From the IMG/VR virus record IMGVR_UViG_3300025387_000009: a stretch of DNA of 64,000 nt, one strand, 5' to 3'. This document shows positions 9,977 to 17,749 of the stretch, piece by piece (the first letter of the stretch is position 1; every line of letters starts with the position of its first letter). The notes under the pieces were generated by a model. The model was not told where the DNA came from, made no database searches, and saw only the letters and a list, made by a program, of their open reading frames with translations. A program made the translations under genes and the position numbers. Source of the DNA: a virus. Lineage: Duplodnaviria > Caudoviricetes.

Positions 9977-10300
9977 ATGGCAAATAAAGACCAAAAAAGT
10001 TTAGAATCAATCTACAGCAAAATTCTTCTTAGAGAGAATTTTGGAGCGACTCCAAACGAAACCGATGAGACTCCTGACGAAGCACCAACCTCATATAGTG
10101 TTTCCGGTGATCATGACAAGAAGGAAGCTCTCGCAGATATTTTCAGACAACATAATCTTCCTGCTTCCGAAGATGCTATTGATGCAATCTTAGCAGAGTT
10201 CGGTTTAGGTGGCGAAGCAGAGGAAGAGGCTAATTCCAGTGACTTTTTAAGTCCAATGGCTGATGCCGATGCTGCTAAAGATTACGACGAAGAACTCTAA
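9977..10300 (+). CDS. Acidic putative internal head protein (leader family)
   Basis: MANKDQKSLESIYSKILLRE leader; TAAATA upstream. Confidence 0.6.
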   Translation: MANKDQKSLESIYSKILLRENFGATPNETDETPDEAPTSYSVSGDHDKKEALADIFRQHNLPASEDAIDAILAEFGLGGEAEEEANSSDFLSPMADADAAKDYDEEL

Positions 10301-10473
10301 GAAGAGTAGCGCATCACTGCATGGGAAGTGTAAACTTTCCCATTGTATTTAAATTCATAGACATCGTAACCGAATAGGTCTTCTGATATGTCTATGAATT
10401 CTGTTTTAGAAGCAGGAACCCATTCACCTTTCACAAGGTAATGATGTTCTGTCTTTCCGTATTTGTCTTCCAT
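10297..10473 (-). CDS. Small hypothetical protein (58 aa)
   Basis: Hand-translated MEDKYGKTEHHY...; same operon as upstream genes. Confidence 0.5.
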   Translation of the reverse strand: MEDKYGKTEHHYLVKGEWVPASKTEFIDISEDLFGYDVYEFKYNGKVYTSHAVMRYSS

Positions 10474-10474
10474 A

Positions 10475-10675
10475 CTACGGCTTGTATAAAAAGCTAGGGG
10501 TTGTTTCTCCTACGTATGCTCCAACCATATTAAATTCGTACCATTCCTGTGCTTCATGGCTGGTCATACCCTGTTTCATAAGTTTCTTTAGAACCTTATC
10601 GACATCGTAGATGAGATGGTTAGGCTGACGGAGTCTTTCGACTACACCAACGATACAGTCATCATAACCATCCAT
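10475..10675 (-). CDS. Conserved phage hypothetical protein
   Basis: DGYDDCIVG...FNMVGAYVGETTP motif; start uncertain. Confidence 0.6.
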   Translation of the reverse strand: MDGYDDCIVGVVERLRQPNHLIYDVDKVLKKLMKQGMTSHEAQEWYEFNMVGAYVGETTPSFLYKP

Positions 10676-10700
10676 CTTCAATGCATCATCAGCGATGCAT

Positions 10701-11057
10701 TCAATTAGCTGCTGGAGTTTCCTGTTCAATGATATTAGGAGTTGCAACAGCTGGCGTGTGCTTAAAGATATCCTCATACTTTTGAATGAACTGAGGATGA
10801 AATTCAATATACTCACCATACCACTTTAGGCTCGTCGTGTAGAAGTTAAAATGAACTCCTTCCTTGATTGCCTTCTGACTCAGGAAACCATCATACATTA
10901 CAGGGACTACTGCAATACTGACGTTACCATCCTTGTCTCTTGGGTAGGCGATGCCTACTGGGTTTTTGATCACGAGGTGATCGGTTCTATCTGCGACAAG
11001 CTCTCCAACGTACATTGAATTTTCCTTGTCGATTATTGTTACTAGTTTTTTGCTCAT
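10701..11057 (-). CDS. Hypothetical protein
   Basis: ORF track. Confidence 0.6.
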   Translation of the reverse strand: MSKKLVTIIDKENSMYVGELVADRTDHLVIKNPVGIAYPRDKDGNVSIAVVPVMYDGFLSQKAIKEGVHFNFYTTSLKWYGEYIEFHPQFIQKYEDIFKHTPAVATPNIIEQETPAAN

Positions 11058-11062
11058 AAATT

Positions 11063-11581
11063 TTAGTTATTCTGAAGTTTAAAGGGGCTTACAATAATGC
11101 GAGGTTCGATATAAACTGGCTTCACGTTATTACTATTAGGATCTTTTAGAAGAACCCAAGTACCATCACAGCTTGCAGGGGAATACAAACCATTGGGATC
11201 AGCCTGTGGAATAGTTACATTACCCTGTTCATATGTTTCATAAGACTTTGCTGGTCTCATTGGACTAGTATATTGGGTGGCATAAGGAATACCATAACCA
11301 ATCGACTCCCCAAGGAAGATAAGCTTACCAGTATTCTCTGCTACGATATAGGTATAGGTAGTAAGACCATCCTGATCTCGCATCTCAAGAATATCCTTGA
11401 GAAGTTTCTTCTCACGAAAGTTCTTGATTGCTGGCATACCAACTTCAGATGCACATTCTTTTAGGATTTCTTCTTGTCTACGATTCTGAACCTGATCACT
11501 CGTTGTACGTATGGTAGTATCACAACCAGTGATTGCAATTGTTGCTACTGTGGCAATAATTAGGATTAGTTTGTTTTTCAT
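11063..11581 (-). CDS. Putative lipoprotein
   Basis: Signal peptide ending AITG-C; YGIPYATQYTSP and PQADPNGLY motifs. Confidence 0.7.
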   Translation of the reverse strand: MKNKLILIIATVATIAITGCDTTIRTTSDQVQNRRQEEILKECASEVGMPAIKNFREKKLLKDILEMRDQDGLTTYTYIVAENTGKLIFLGESIGYGIPYATQYTSPMRPAKSYETYEQGNVTIPQADPNGLYSPASCDGTWVLLKDPNSNNVKPVYIEPRIIVSPFKLQNN

Positions 11582-11599
11582 GTTTGTTTTATTTTGTTT

Positions 11600-11845
11600 T
11601 TATGCTGAAAGGTGCTTTTCTAGTGTTACTTTACCATAATATGGTTTGAATTGACTACTCCACTTGTCTAGATGCATTCCAATTTCATTTGGAAATTTAC
11701 TGTATAACAATGTGCCAGTATAACCAAGACCACCATGACCTGTATTTGTTGCTAAAATAACCATTCCCTCATCATTGACCATCAAAGTTGGAAATTCCAA
11801 TGTGTTTATGTTATTGTCTTCTATTTTTGTTGATTTTATATTCAT
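11600..11845 (-). CDS. Hypothetical protein
   Basis: ORF track. Confidence 0.55.
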   Translation of the reverse strand: MNIKSTKIEDNNINTLEFPTLMVNDEGMVILATNTGHGGLGYTGTLLYSKFPNEIGMHLDKWSSQFKPYYGKVTLEKHLSA

Positions 11846-12192
11846 TAGTATTTGTGGGTTTGGTTATTCTTAAGCGTCTGGATAAAACTATACAGATCAG
11901 GAGGCAGTTTGTCAATATCATAATCAGCGGCACGATGGAGAATGATACCTGCAAGTGCCGCCTGATGATCCTTATCAGTCTGTAGATACTGAAACTGCAT
12001 GTTCTGGAGTTCTTGAATCATTCCTTGGTTATATGCCTTGGATTGCTCAAAGACTTGACGACGAACTGCTTCCTGCTTTGGAGCAAAGTATTTGTACAGG
12101 AAGAAATCGTTTCCTGTAAAAACCCAGCTTAAACCAAGCACGATTACAATGATTGTGAGGAACGATAGGAATGCGGTGAATATGTCTCTCAT
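11845..12192 (-). CDS. Membrane-anchored protein
   Basis: N-terminal TM helix; RRQVFEQSKAYNQG motif. Confidence 0.65.
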   Translation of the reverse strand: MRDIFTAFLSFLTIIVIVLGLSWVFTGNDFFLYKYFAPKQEAVRRQVFEQSKAYNQGMIQELQNMQFQYLQTDKDHQAALAGIILHRAADYDIDKLPPDLYSFIQTLKNNQTHKY

Positions 12193-12235
12193 AATTGTTT
12201 ATACAGTATAGGGTATTTTGAATATGAAGTCAACC

Positions 12236-12568
12236 TTAAATTCCAAGTTTCTTCATTAATTCCATTACCTTTGGTTTAAAGTCTTCCTTGCATTCAAAGT
12301 TGATTGTCTTCTCTTTCATGACAACAACTCTTTCAGGAAGCAAGGGATCAATAGCCTTCATCATAGAGACATATTCGCTCACATTGGTTTGCTTTACTTC
12401 TAGTCTCTTATTGATTCTTTCCTTACATTCGTCCGATGGAAGCACAACATTACTTTTGACATTGGTTCCACAATCCCATGTGATAGGATTAGATCCATCA
12501 AGAGTACCTTCAGCAGTTCCACTTACCAGAACGCTTCTACAGAATGGACATTTATGATGACTACTCAT
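12236..12568 (-). CDS. Hypothetical protein with CPFC motif
   Basis: ORF track. Confidence 0.55.
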   Translation of the reverse strand: MSSHHKCPFCRSVLVSGTAEGTLDGSNPITWDCGTNVKSNVVLPSDECKERINKRLEVKQTNVSEYVSMMKAIDPLLPERVVVMKEKTINFECKEDFKPKVMELMKKLGI

Positions 12569-12750
12569 CGTTCTTCTTATCTTCTTTTACTCCTGAAATA
12601 GAGCAATGAGACAGAACGGCAGAGATCAAGAACCATCCCCAACCTGTTATACCATGAATTGCCATGTATCCTGCAATCAGAGCACAGGTAATGGAGAACA
12701 AATTAAGAGTAGATATAATGAGTGCTGTTTTCATGAATGAACCAATAGTC

Positions 12751-13248
12751 TTAATAGGGCAGGGCATTGGGTGCAGGAGTGTAAACAGTTGGAGGAGGAG
12801 CAACTGCAACAGGAGGAGCCGAGATGAGACCAAGAGTTAGTACAGAGGCAATACCAAACAATGCCCATCCCAAACCATTGGGAATTGCCGTACCGCACCA
12901 TCCTCCGCCACAATAGCCTCCACCGTAGTAACCGCCACCATAGTAACCTCCGCCGCAATATCCACCCCTGTAGTAGCCTCCGCCCCCACAGTATCCACTT
13001 GCGTATCCTGCATTGTAGGCTCTGACGTAGGCTCTGTTATAGGCGCATGCACTTCCTGCATAGCCTCGATTGTAAAAGCCACCATTGTAGCTTCCAGAGT
13101 AGGTATTACCACGAGGCGTTGTTACACTATAAGAGCCTCCACCGCCTGATGCATAGCCACCATGACTACCAGAAGCAGTCCATGCTTGGGAATTGGTTGC
13201 AAGAGCAGTCACAGTGAGGAGTGTTACCAATGTTGTTTTAATTTTCAT
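12751..13248 (-). CDS. Secreted/membrane Gly-Tyr-rich protein
   Basis: Signal peptide, GGGYY repeats, C-terminal TM and Pro-rich tail. Confidence 0.65.
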   Translation of the reverse strand: MKIKTTLVTLLTVTALATNSQAWTASGSHGGYASGGGGSYSVTTPRGNTYSGSYNGGFYNRGYAGSACAYNRAYVRAYNAGYASGYCGGGGYYRGGYCGGGYYGGGYYGGGYCGGGWCGTAIPNGLGWALFGIASVLTLGLISAPPVAVAPPPTVYTPAPNALPY

Positions 13249-13438
13249 AGGTTCTTACCTTAACAGATTTATTTTTGCGTGTCAACTTCTTTTTAAAGGG
13301 TTTTCTTTCCTTTGGGAGTTTGAGAACTTCTCTTCTATAGTTTTGATACCACAGCAAGTCTTGCTTTGAGCAATTGTCGTTACGGATATCTACTGCACTG
13401 GCATGTTCAATCTTCTGTGTTAATTTTGTGGGTGTCAT
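13238..13438 (-). CDS. Small basic hypothetical protein
   Basis: ORF track. Confidence 0.45.
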   Translation of the reverse strand: MTPTKLTQKIEHASAVDIRNDNCSKQDLLWYQNYRREVLKLPKERKPFKKKLTRKNKSVKVRTYEN

Positions 13439-13703
13439 AAATCATTGTCTCGTCTAGGTTCTTTTTAAAGTGTTTCAAAAAGCTTTTGACAAATTTTATC
13501 TGATCCTTTTCTTCTCTTCTGTCAATGACAACTTGGGCAAGAACGCCAAGAATAGTTGCAAGGGTATCGGGTTGCATGTGCTCAGCGTAGGCAAGAAACA
13601 TATCGGAAGGATACATTCTGAACTTGAGCATCCCCTTTTGGGCATCGACTATCTCTGCACTTATTTCCATAAGATGCACATAGTTCTGGTTTTCTTCTTC
13701 CAT
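13407..13703 (-). CDS. Hypothetical protein
   Basis: ORF track. Confidence 0.55.
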   Translation of the reverse strand: MEEENQNYVHLMEISAEIVDAQKGMLKFRMYPSDMFLAYAEHMQPDTLATILGVLAQVVIDRREEKDQIKFVKSFLKHFKKNLDETMIYDTHKINTED

Positions 13704-13706
13704 GTT

Positions 13707-14012
13707 TTAGGAATTAATGAGGTTAAGGATGGTTTGCTTACTCTGGATACCAAAGAGGCGACTTACTTCCACACCGTTTTTAAAGAGAACAAGCGTGGGA
13801 AGCTTTTGAATACTATATTTTGTGGCAGAGGAAGGATTAGAATCAATATCAATTTTAGCAACCTTAACGTTAATAGATTCGTCCTTGTCGATCTCGTCCA
13901 GAAGAGGGGCGAGCATTTTGCACGGACCGCACCACGCAGCCCAGAAATCTACGATGATTGTATCAAATTTGTTGATGATTTCTTCAATGTCACTGTCATT
14001 TAGGTTTGTCAT
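13707..14012 (-). CDS. trxA: Thioredoxin
   Basis: DFWAAWCGPCK, 101 aa, LPTL cis-Pro loop. Confidence 0.95.
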   Translation of the reverse strand: MTNLNDSDIEEIINKFDTIIVDFWAAWCGPCKMLAPLLDEIDKDESINVKVAKIDIDSNPSSATKYSIQKLPTLVLFKNGVEVSRLFGIQSKQTILNLINS

Positions 14013-14057
14013 ATCTCTCTAATAGTAGAGGCAAACCAAAGAGATGTCAAATTTTAT

Positions 14058-14798
14058 TTAATTTTTAAATGTCTGCATGAGAGAATCAAGCTGATCGAGA
14101 CTTAACCCAAGAGGATTAACTCCCTTTGCATTGATCCAATCTGGGGAAGTCATGGCAAATGCTTGGTCTACAAAAGCATCCCAGAAATTCCATGTCATAG
14201 TGTAATATTTCCCCCAAGAGATAACCTTAACACCATTGTCATCATATCCTGCAATAATAACGGCATGACCACCCTCATATTGTTTATCCCAAGAAGGATT
14301 AATATCCCACACAGGAGGAGCATCTCCATCAGGAGGTAAGATGTAAGAAGGCACAGAGAAACCCAAATAGACTACACCACAATCATAGACTGCACTTTTA
14401 ATGTGATCATGATTCTGCTCGTTTAACTGAACAAAGGCAGCAATCTTTTGAACTTTACCATCACTTGTAGTTGCCCCCTGACTTAAAAGATAATCCAAGA
14501 CATGATTTTCATTTCCCCCTTGATCAGTACTACTATCGCCATCAACATAACCATCTGCCTTTTCATAGAGAAGCTTTACGTCATTATCAGAATAGGTTAC
14601 CATATTGCCACAGTTAAATGTCCAAACCTGAATGGCATGAAAGAAAGCAGCACAGGTGCAATCCCCCAAACGATCATTAAGCATAACGCCTAAATCAGAA
14701 GGCATACCAACAGTATAGTCAACCGAAGAAGGAAAAGAATTTAAGGTGACTCCCAAATTATCCAACTTGGGCGCAGGAGTAGAAGGTGTAGTGGTCAT
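14058..14798 (-). CDS. Papain-like (C1-type) cysteine peptidase
   Basis: NDRLGDCTCAA...GGHAVIIAGYD...VISWG; TAAATA upstream. Confidence 0.75.
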   Translation of the reverse strand: MTTTPSTPAPKLDNLGVTLNSFPSSVDYTVGMPSDLGVMLNDRLGDCTCAAFFHAIQVWTFNCGNMVTYSDNDVKLLYEKADGYVDGDSSTDQGGNENHVLDYLLSQGATTSDGKVQKIAAFVQLNEQNHDHIKSAVYDCGVVYLGFSVPSYILPPDGDAPPVWDINPSWDKQYEGGHAVIIAGYDDNGVKVISWGKYYTMTWNFWDAFVDQAFAMTSPDWINAKGVNPLGLSLDQLDSLMQTFKN

Positions 14799-14840
14799 AG
14801 GTAATAATATTTACCCAAAAGACAACTCCGATTTAATAGC

Positions 14841-14880
14841 GCACCGTGAAATAATACAACACTATTTTCTATTACCACAA
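14841..14880. repeat. Degenerate copy of the ATACAACACCGTGT/TATTACC element
   Basis: caccgtg..aatacaacac..tattacc. Confidence 0.5.
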
Positions 14881-14938
14881 CTCCACATTACATAACACTA
14901 TTTGCAAACTTATGAGCACCTAATAAATAAAACTATCT

Positions 14939-15157
14939 ATGACAAGCGAAGAAATAAGAGACCAAGAAAAACAAAACAAGCTAGAAGAAATAAGAAAAGA
15001 AATCATTAACATGCAAGCAGAAACCATATCACTTAAAAGCCAAGCAGATAAACTCATAGGAGAAGCACAAGAACTCTCAGCAAGAAGATTAGACAAACTA
15101 GAGAAGATGCAAATCTTGGCAAGGCAATACGACAGTATAAAGAAAGGACAAGTGTGA
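14939..15157 (+). CDS. Coiled-coil hypothetical protein
   Basis: ORF track. Confidence 0.6.
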   Translation: MTSEEIRDQEKQNKLEEIRKEIINMQAETISLKSQADKLIGEAQELSARRLDKLEKMQILARQYDSIKKGQV

Positions 15158-15160
15158 TTT

Positions 15161-15207
15161 AATACAACACCGTGTAAAAATACAACATGGTGCTGTATTA
15201 CCGCAAG
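15161..15207. repeat. 18-bp-period tandem repeat ATACAACACCGTGT
   Basis: Units at 15162 and 15180, followed by TATTACCGCAAG. Confidence 0.7.
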
Positions 15208-15529
15208 TTTACCATTGCCTCGTAAAGTAAAGAGAAATAAAAAGATACTAATTCATCCTATAGGTTATCTCTATTAAAACCAAAGATAATTCAAAACACT
15301 TAGTGAGTAAACGCTGAAACTCCCTATGACACCAAAGCACACGAAAGGGAGAAGATTTAAAATTATCCCCTGAGAACATATCCTTTTGTTGTTTTTCTGG
15401 CTTATTTAACATTTCTTCTAAAAAGGTTTAGATTCCTTTTAACTTACTTTAGGATATTTAGAGAAGAATCTTATATTTTATCATAAAAAAATCCTTATTA
15501 CAATCAGTTTACAAAAAAATTTTGAAAAA

Positions 15530-15880
15530 AAATTCCTGTCAAGGAAAATTTCAAAATATTTTTAAGGTTGACAAGTAATTCGGAATACTTTGTCAAGCCT
15601 GTAATTCAGAATTTTTGTCCTTGACAAGTCTTCTGAATTATTTCTGAAGAATTCGCATGATGCGAAAAAATTCAGAATAAATTCTGAAACAATTCGTTTT
15701 GCCCAAATGGGTAAAATATTCCGAAACATTTTATTTTACCCATTTGGGCAGGAATGGTGAAAAAATATTATTTTACCCAATTCCCAAAACCTTCCCCTTT
15801 GGGGAAAAATTGGGAAACATATTATTTTACCCAACTAAAAAAAGTTGGAAATAGGTGTTGACATGAAAAAGGTTTTCTGA
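15530..15880. repeat. Cluster of inverted repeats in non-coding DNA
   Basis: Perfect 19-bp IR 15700-15718/15732-15750; TTGACA-17-TGTCAA; several TTCAGAA/TTCTGAA pairs. Confidence 0.75.
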
Positions 15881-15895
15881 TTTACTTTCTTGTCT

Positions 15896-16084
15896 ATGGC
15901 AAAACACCACTCACCATTATTTGACCTCTTGATTCAGGAGGCAGAGACTAAAGGAATCAGGGTTGTCCAGAGGGGCAACCGCTTCATGCTCTATCCTAAA
16001 GATAAGAGCAAGCCCATGCACACCTTTCACAGGGGAGCATTGGGAGAAAAACCATTGAGAAAATGGCTTGACAAGAATAGCTGA
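15896..16084 (+). CDS. HicA-like small protein
   Basis: 62 aa; helix, GIRVVQRGNRFMLYP, MHTFH pattern resembles HicA/dsRBD-like fold. Confidence 0.4.
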   Translation: MAKHHSPLFDLLIQEAETKGIRVVQRGNRFMLYPKDKSKPMHTFHRGALGEKPLRKWLDKNS

Positions 16085-16105
16085 AACTGATCCAATCCAA
16101 TTCCT

Positions 16106-16279
16106 ATGAAAGAAAACCGCACCAGTTACTGCACCAAGACCTCGACTGAAAAGAAGGGGTATGAGATGGTTCAATATATCACGCTTGTCAAGTCTACCTT
16201 TGACGGGTGGACTAGGACATCGGAAAAAGAAATTAAAATTGATCTTGACACTCTTTGGGATCTTCTGGTAAACAGGTAA
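16106..16279 (+). CDS. Small hypothetical protein (57 aa)
   Basis: Hand-translated MKENRTSYC... Confidence 0.5.
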   Translation: MKENRTSYCTKTSTEKKGYEMVQYITLVKSTFDGWTRTSEKEIKIDLDTLWDLLVNR

Positions 16280-16284
16280 GCCTT

Positions 16285-16596
16285 ATGACCACACCAACAC
16301 CGAGAGAAGTAAAAGTAGTAGACCTACCCGATCTAGTCCCTGCTGAATGGGATTGGTTTTGGGATATGCTAGGGAGTGCAGAACCAGATTTTTCCTATGG
16401 GGATAATAATCTGACTCTGATTTCTGGCGAGAGATTCGCTCGTTTTATTGACGATGCCTATGAGTGGTTCTCCTCTGGTATCAATGAGGAGGGAGAGGAA
16501 GCACCCCTTACTTGTTCAGAGGATGAGTGGAAAGCATTTGGGGATATGCTTTGGGATCTGAACAAGGAGCAAATCTATATCAATTTGGAGGCATAA
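16285..16596 (+). CDS. Acidic hypothetical protein
   Basis: ORF track, ATG 16285. Confidence 0.6.
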   Translation: MTTPTPREVKVVDLPDLVPAEWDWFWDMLGSAEPDFSYGDNNLTLISGERFARFIDDAYEWFSSGINEEGEEAPLTCSEDEWKAFGDMLWDLNKEQIYINLEA

Positions 16597-16600
16597 GAAT

Positions 16601-16831
16601 ATGAAGAAAACATACAAAGTCGAAGTCACTCGCACCACCTATGATTCCATGTCTTTTGATGTGGAAGCAAACAACGAAGAGGAGGCATACGATAATGCCA
16701 TTGAAATCGCTATGGAGGCATTGTGGGGAAGTGGCAATGCTGAATACGAGGTTGAAACCTTGGAAGAAGTAGAGGAAGATACAGGGTGGGAAGAGAGAAA
16801 CGAAAGACAAGCATACATCAACAACAACTAA
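16601..16831 (+). CDS. DpnD/PcfM-like small acidic protein
   Basis: MKKTYKVEVTRT...VEANNEEEAY pattern. Confidence 0.55.
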   Translation: MKKTYKVEVTRTTYDSMSFDVEANNEEEAYDNAIEIAMEALWGSGNAEYEVETLEEVEEDTGWEERNERQAYINNN

Positions 16832-16835
16832 TACT

Positions 16836-17015
16836 ATGAACTATCTAATGGACTATTACATTTCTTGGGATAAGAAGATCATCCCTATTCGTTCCTTGAA
16901 CGTCATCATGTTCGATGAGGACTCTGATGGGGATAAGGTTGTCGTTTTCAAAAACGATAAGAAGCAACTCTGCGAAGCAAAAGTTCGTCATAGTGATGGG
17001 AAGAGAGTTTTTTAA
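16836..17015 (+). CDS. Small hypothetical protein (59 aa)
   Basis: Hand-translated MNYLMDYYISW... Confidence 0.5.
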   Translation: MNYLMDYYISWDKKIIPIRSLNVIMFDEDSDGDKVVVFKNDKKQLCEAKVRHSDGKRVF

Positions 17016-17054
17016 TTCCTTATTGACAAACAAATCAACCTTTGCTATTCTTAA

Positions 17055-17228
17055 ATGATGATCTGGAAAGCTAAAAACGTAATGAAGTCTGAAGCCATCT
17101 GGAAGAAGATGGATAAGGAATACAAGTATGATATGCTTGACCTTACAGACAAGGACAGAGAGTTTATCGCCCAATCTCGCCAAAAGAGGCTAGAGAGAAG
17201 GGCTAAAAAGAAGGAGGTGAATCAGTAA
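17055..17228 (+). CDS. Small basic hypothetical protein (57 aa)
   Basis: Hand-translated; follows a TTGACA promoter. Confidence 0.5.
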   Translation: MMIWKAKNVMKSEAIWKKMDKEYKYDMLDLTDKDREFIAQSRQKRLERRAKKKEVNQ

Positions 17229-17229
17229 A

Positions 17230-17439
17230 GTGACAAACAACAAGATCGTAGTTAAAGACTTCTCCTATATGGGAGATCAGTTCACGACTCTTCCAACTAG
17301 TGTTAAGAAGGAGATCCTTATGGAGGAGATCAATACTTCTCGATACCATATCCTTGGTGCAGTCAATCAGTTCGACAAGTTCAAGCTGAAGTGTCGTTAC
17401 CATAACAAGAGGAATAAGAAGGGTCTCTGGATTCGCTAG
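17230..17439 (+). CDS. Hypothetical protein
   Basis: ORF track. Confidence 0.5.
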   Translation: MTNNKIVVKDFSYMGDQFTTLPTSVKKEILMEEINTSRYHILGAVNQFDKFKLKCRYHNKRNKKGLWIR

Positions 17440-17463
17440 GAGGCGATTCTAATTCACAGAATT

Positions 17464-17500
17464 TCCCAATAGGGTGAAATACCCCTATTGGGATTTTTTT
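17464..17500 (+). terminator. Rho-independent terminator
   Basis: TCCCAATAGGG/CCCTATTGGGA stem plus T run. Confidence 0.8.
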
Positions 17501-17749
17501 TATATAAAACGAAAAATATGAAATTTATGAATTTTTCAAAATCTTCGCCCTTGGGCGAAATTGTTTGAAAGATTTCATTTTACCCATTCTTTATATAAAA
17601 AATAAAAAAAAACCTTGACAAAGTATTTTACCCCTATGTGTCAAGATAAAAATAATCCTTGACACTTGGCATATGGGTCTGGTGTCAAGCACAAAGATTT
17701 TTGAAATTGTTCTTGAATGTTTGGGGAAAGATTGTATGGTAGCTCAACT

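Noticed and set aside
12561-13112. Minus-strand ORFs 12561..12833, 12731..12958 and 12837..13112
   Set aside because: 12731 and 12837 are alternative frames of the Gly/Tyr repeat gene; 12561 may hold a short real TM gene, but its start could not be fixed
14803-14819. TTTACCCAAAA as a member of the upstream-activator motif
   Set aside because: Better explained as the minus-strand late promoter GGGTAAATA of the peptidase gene
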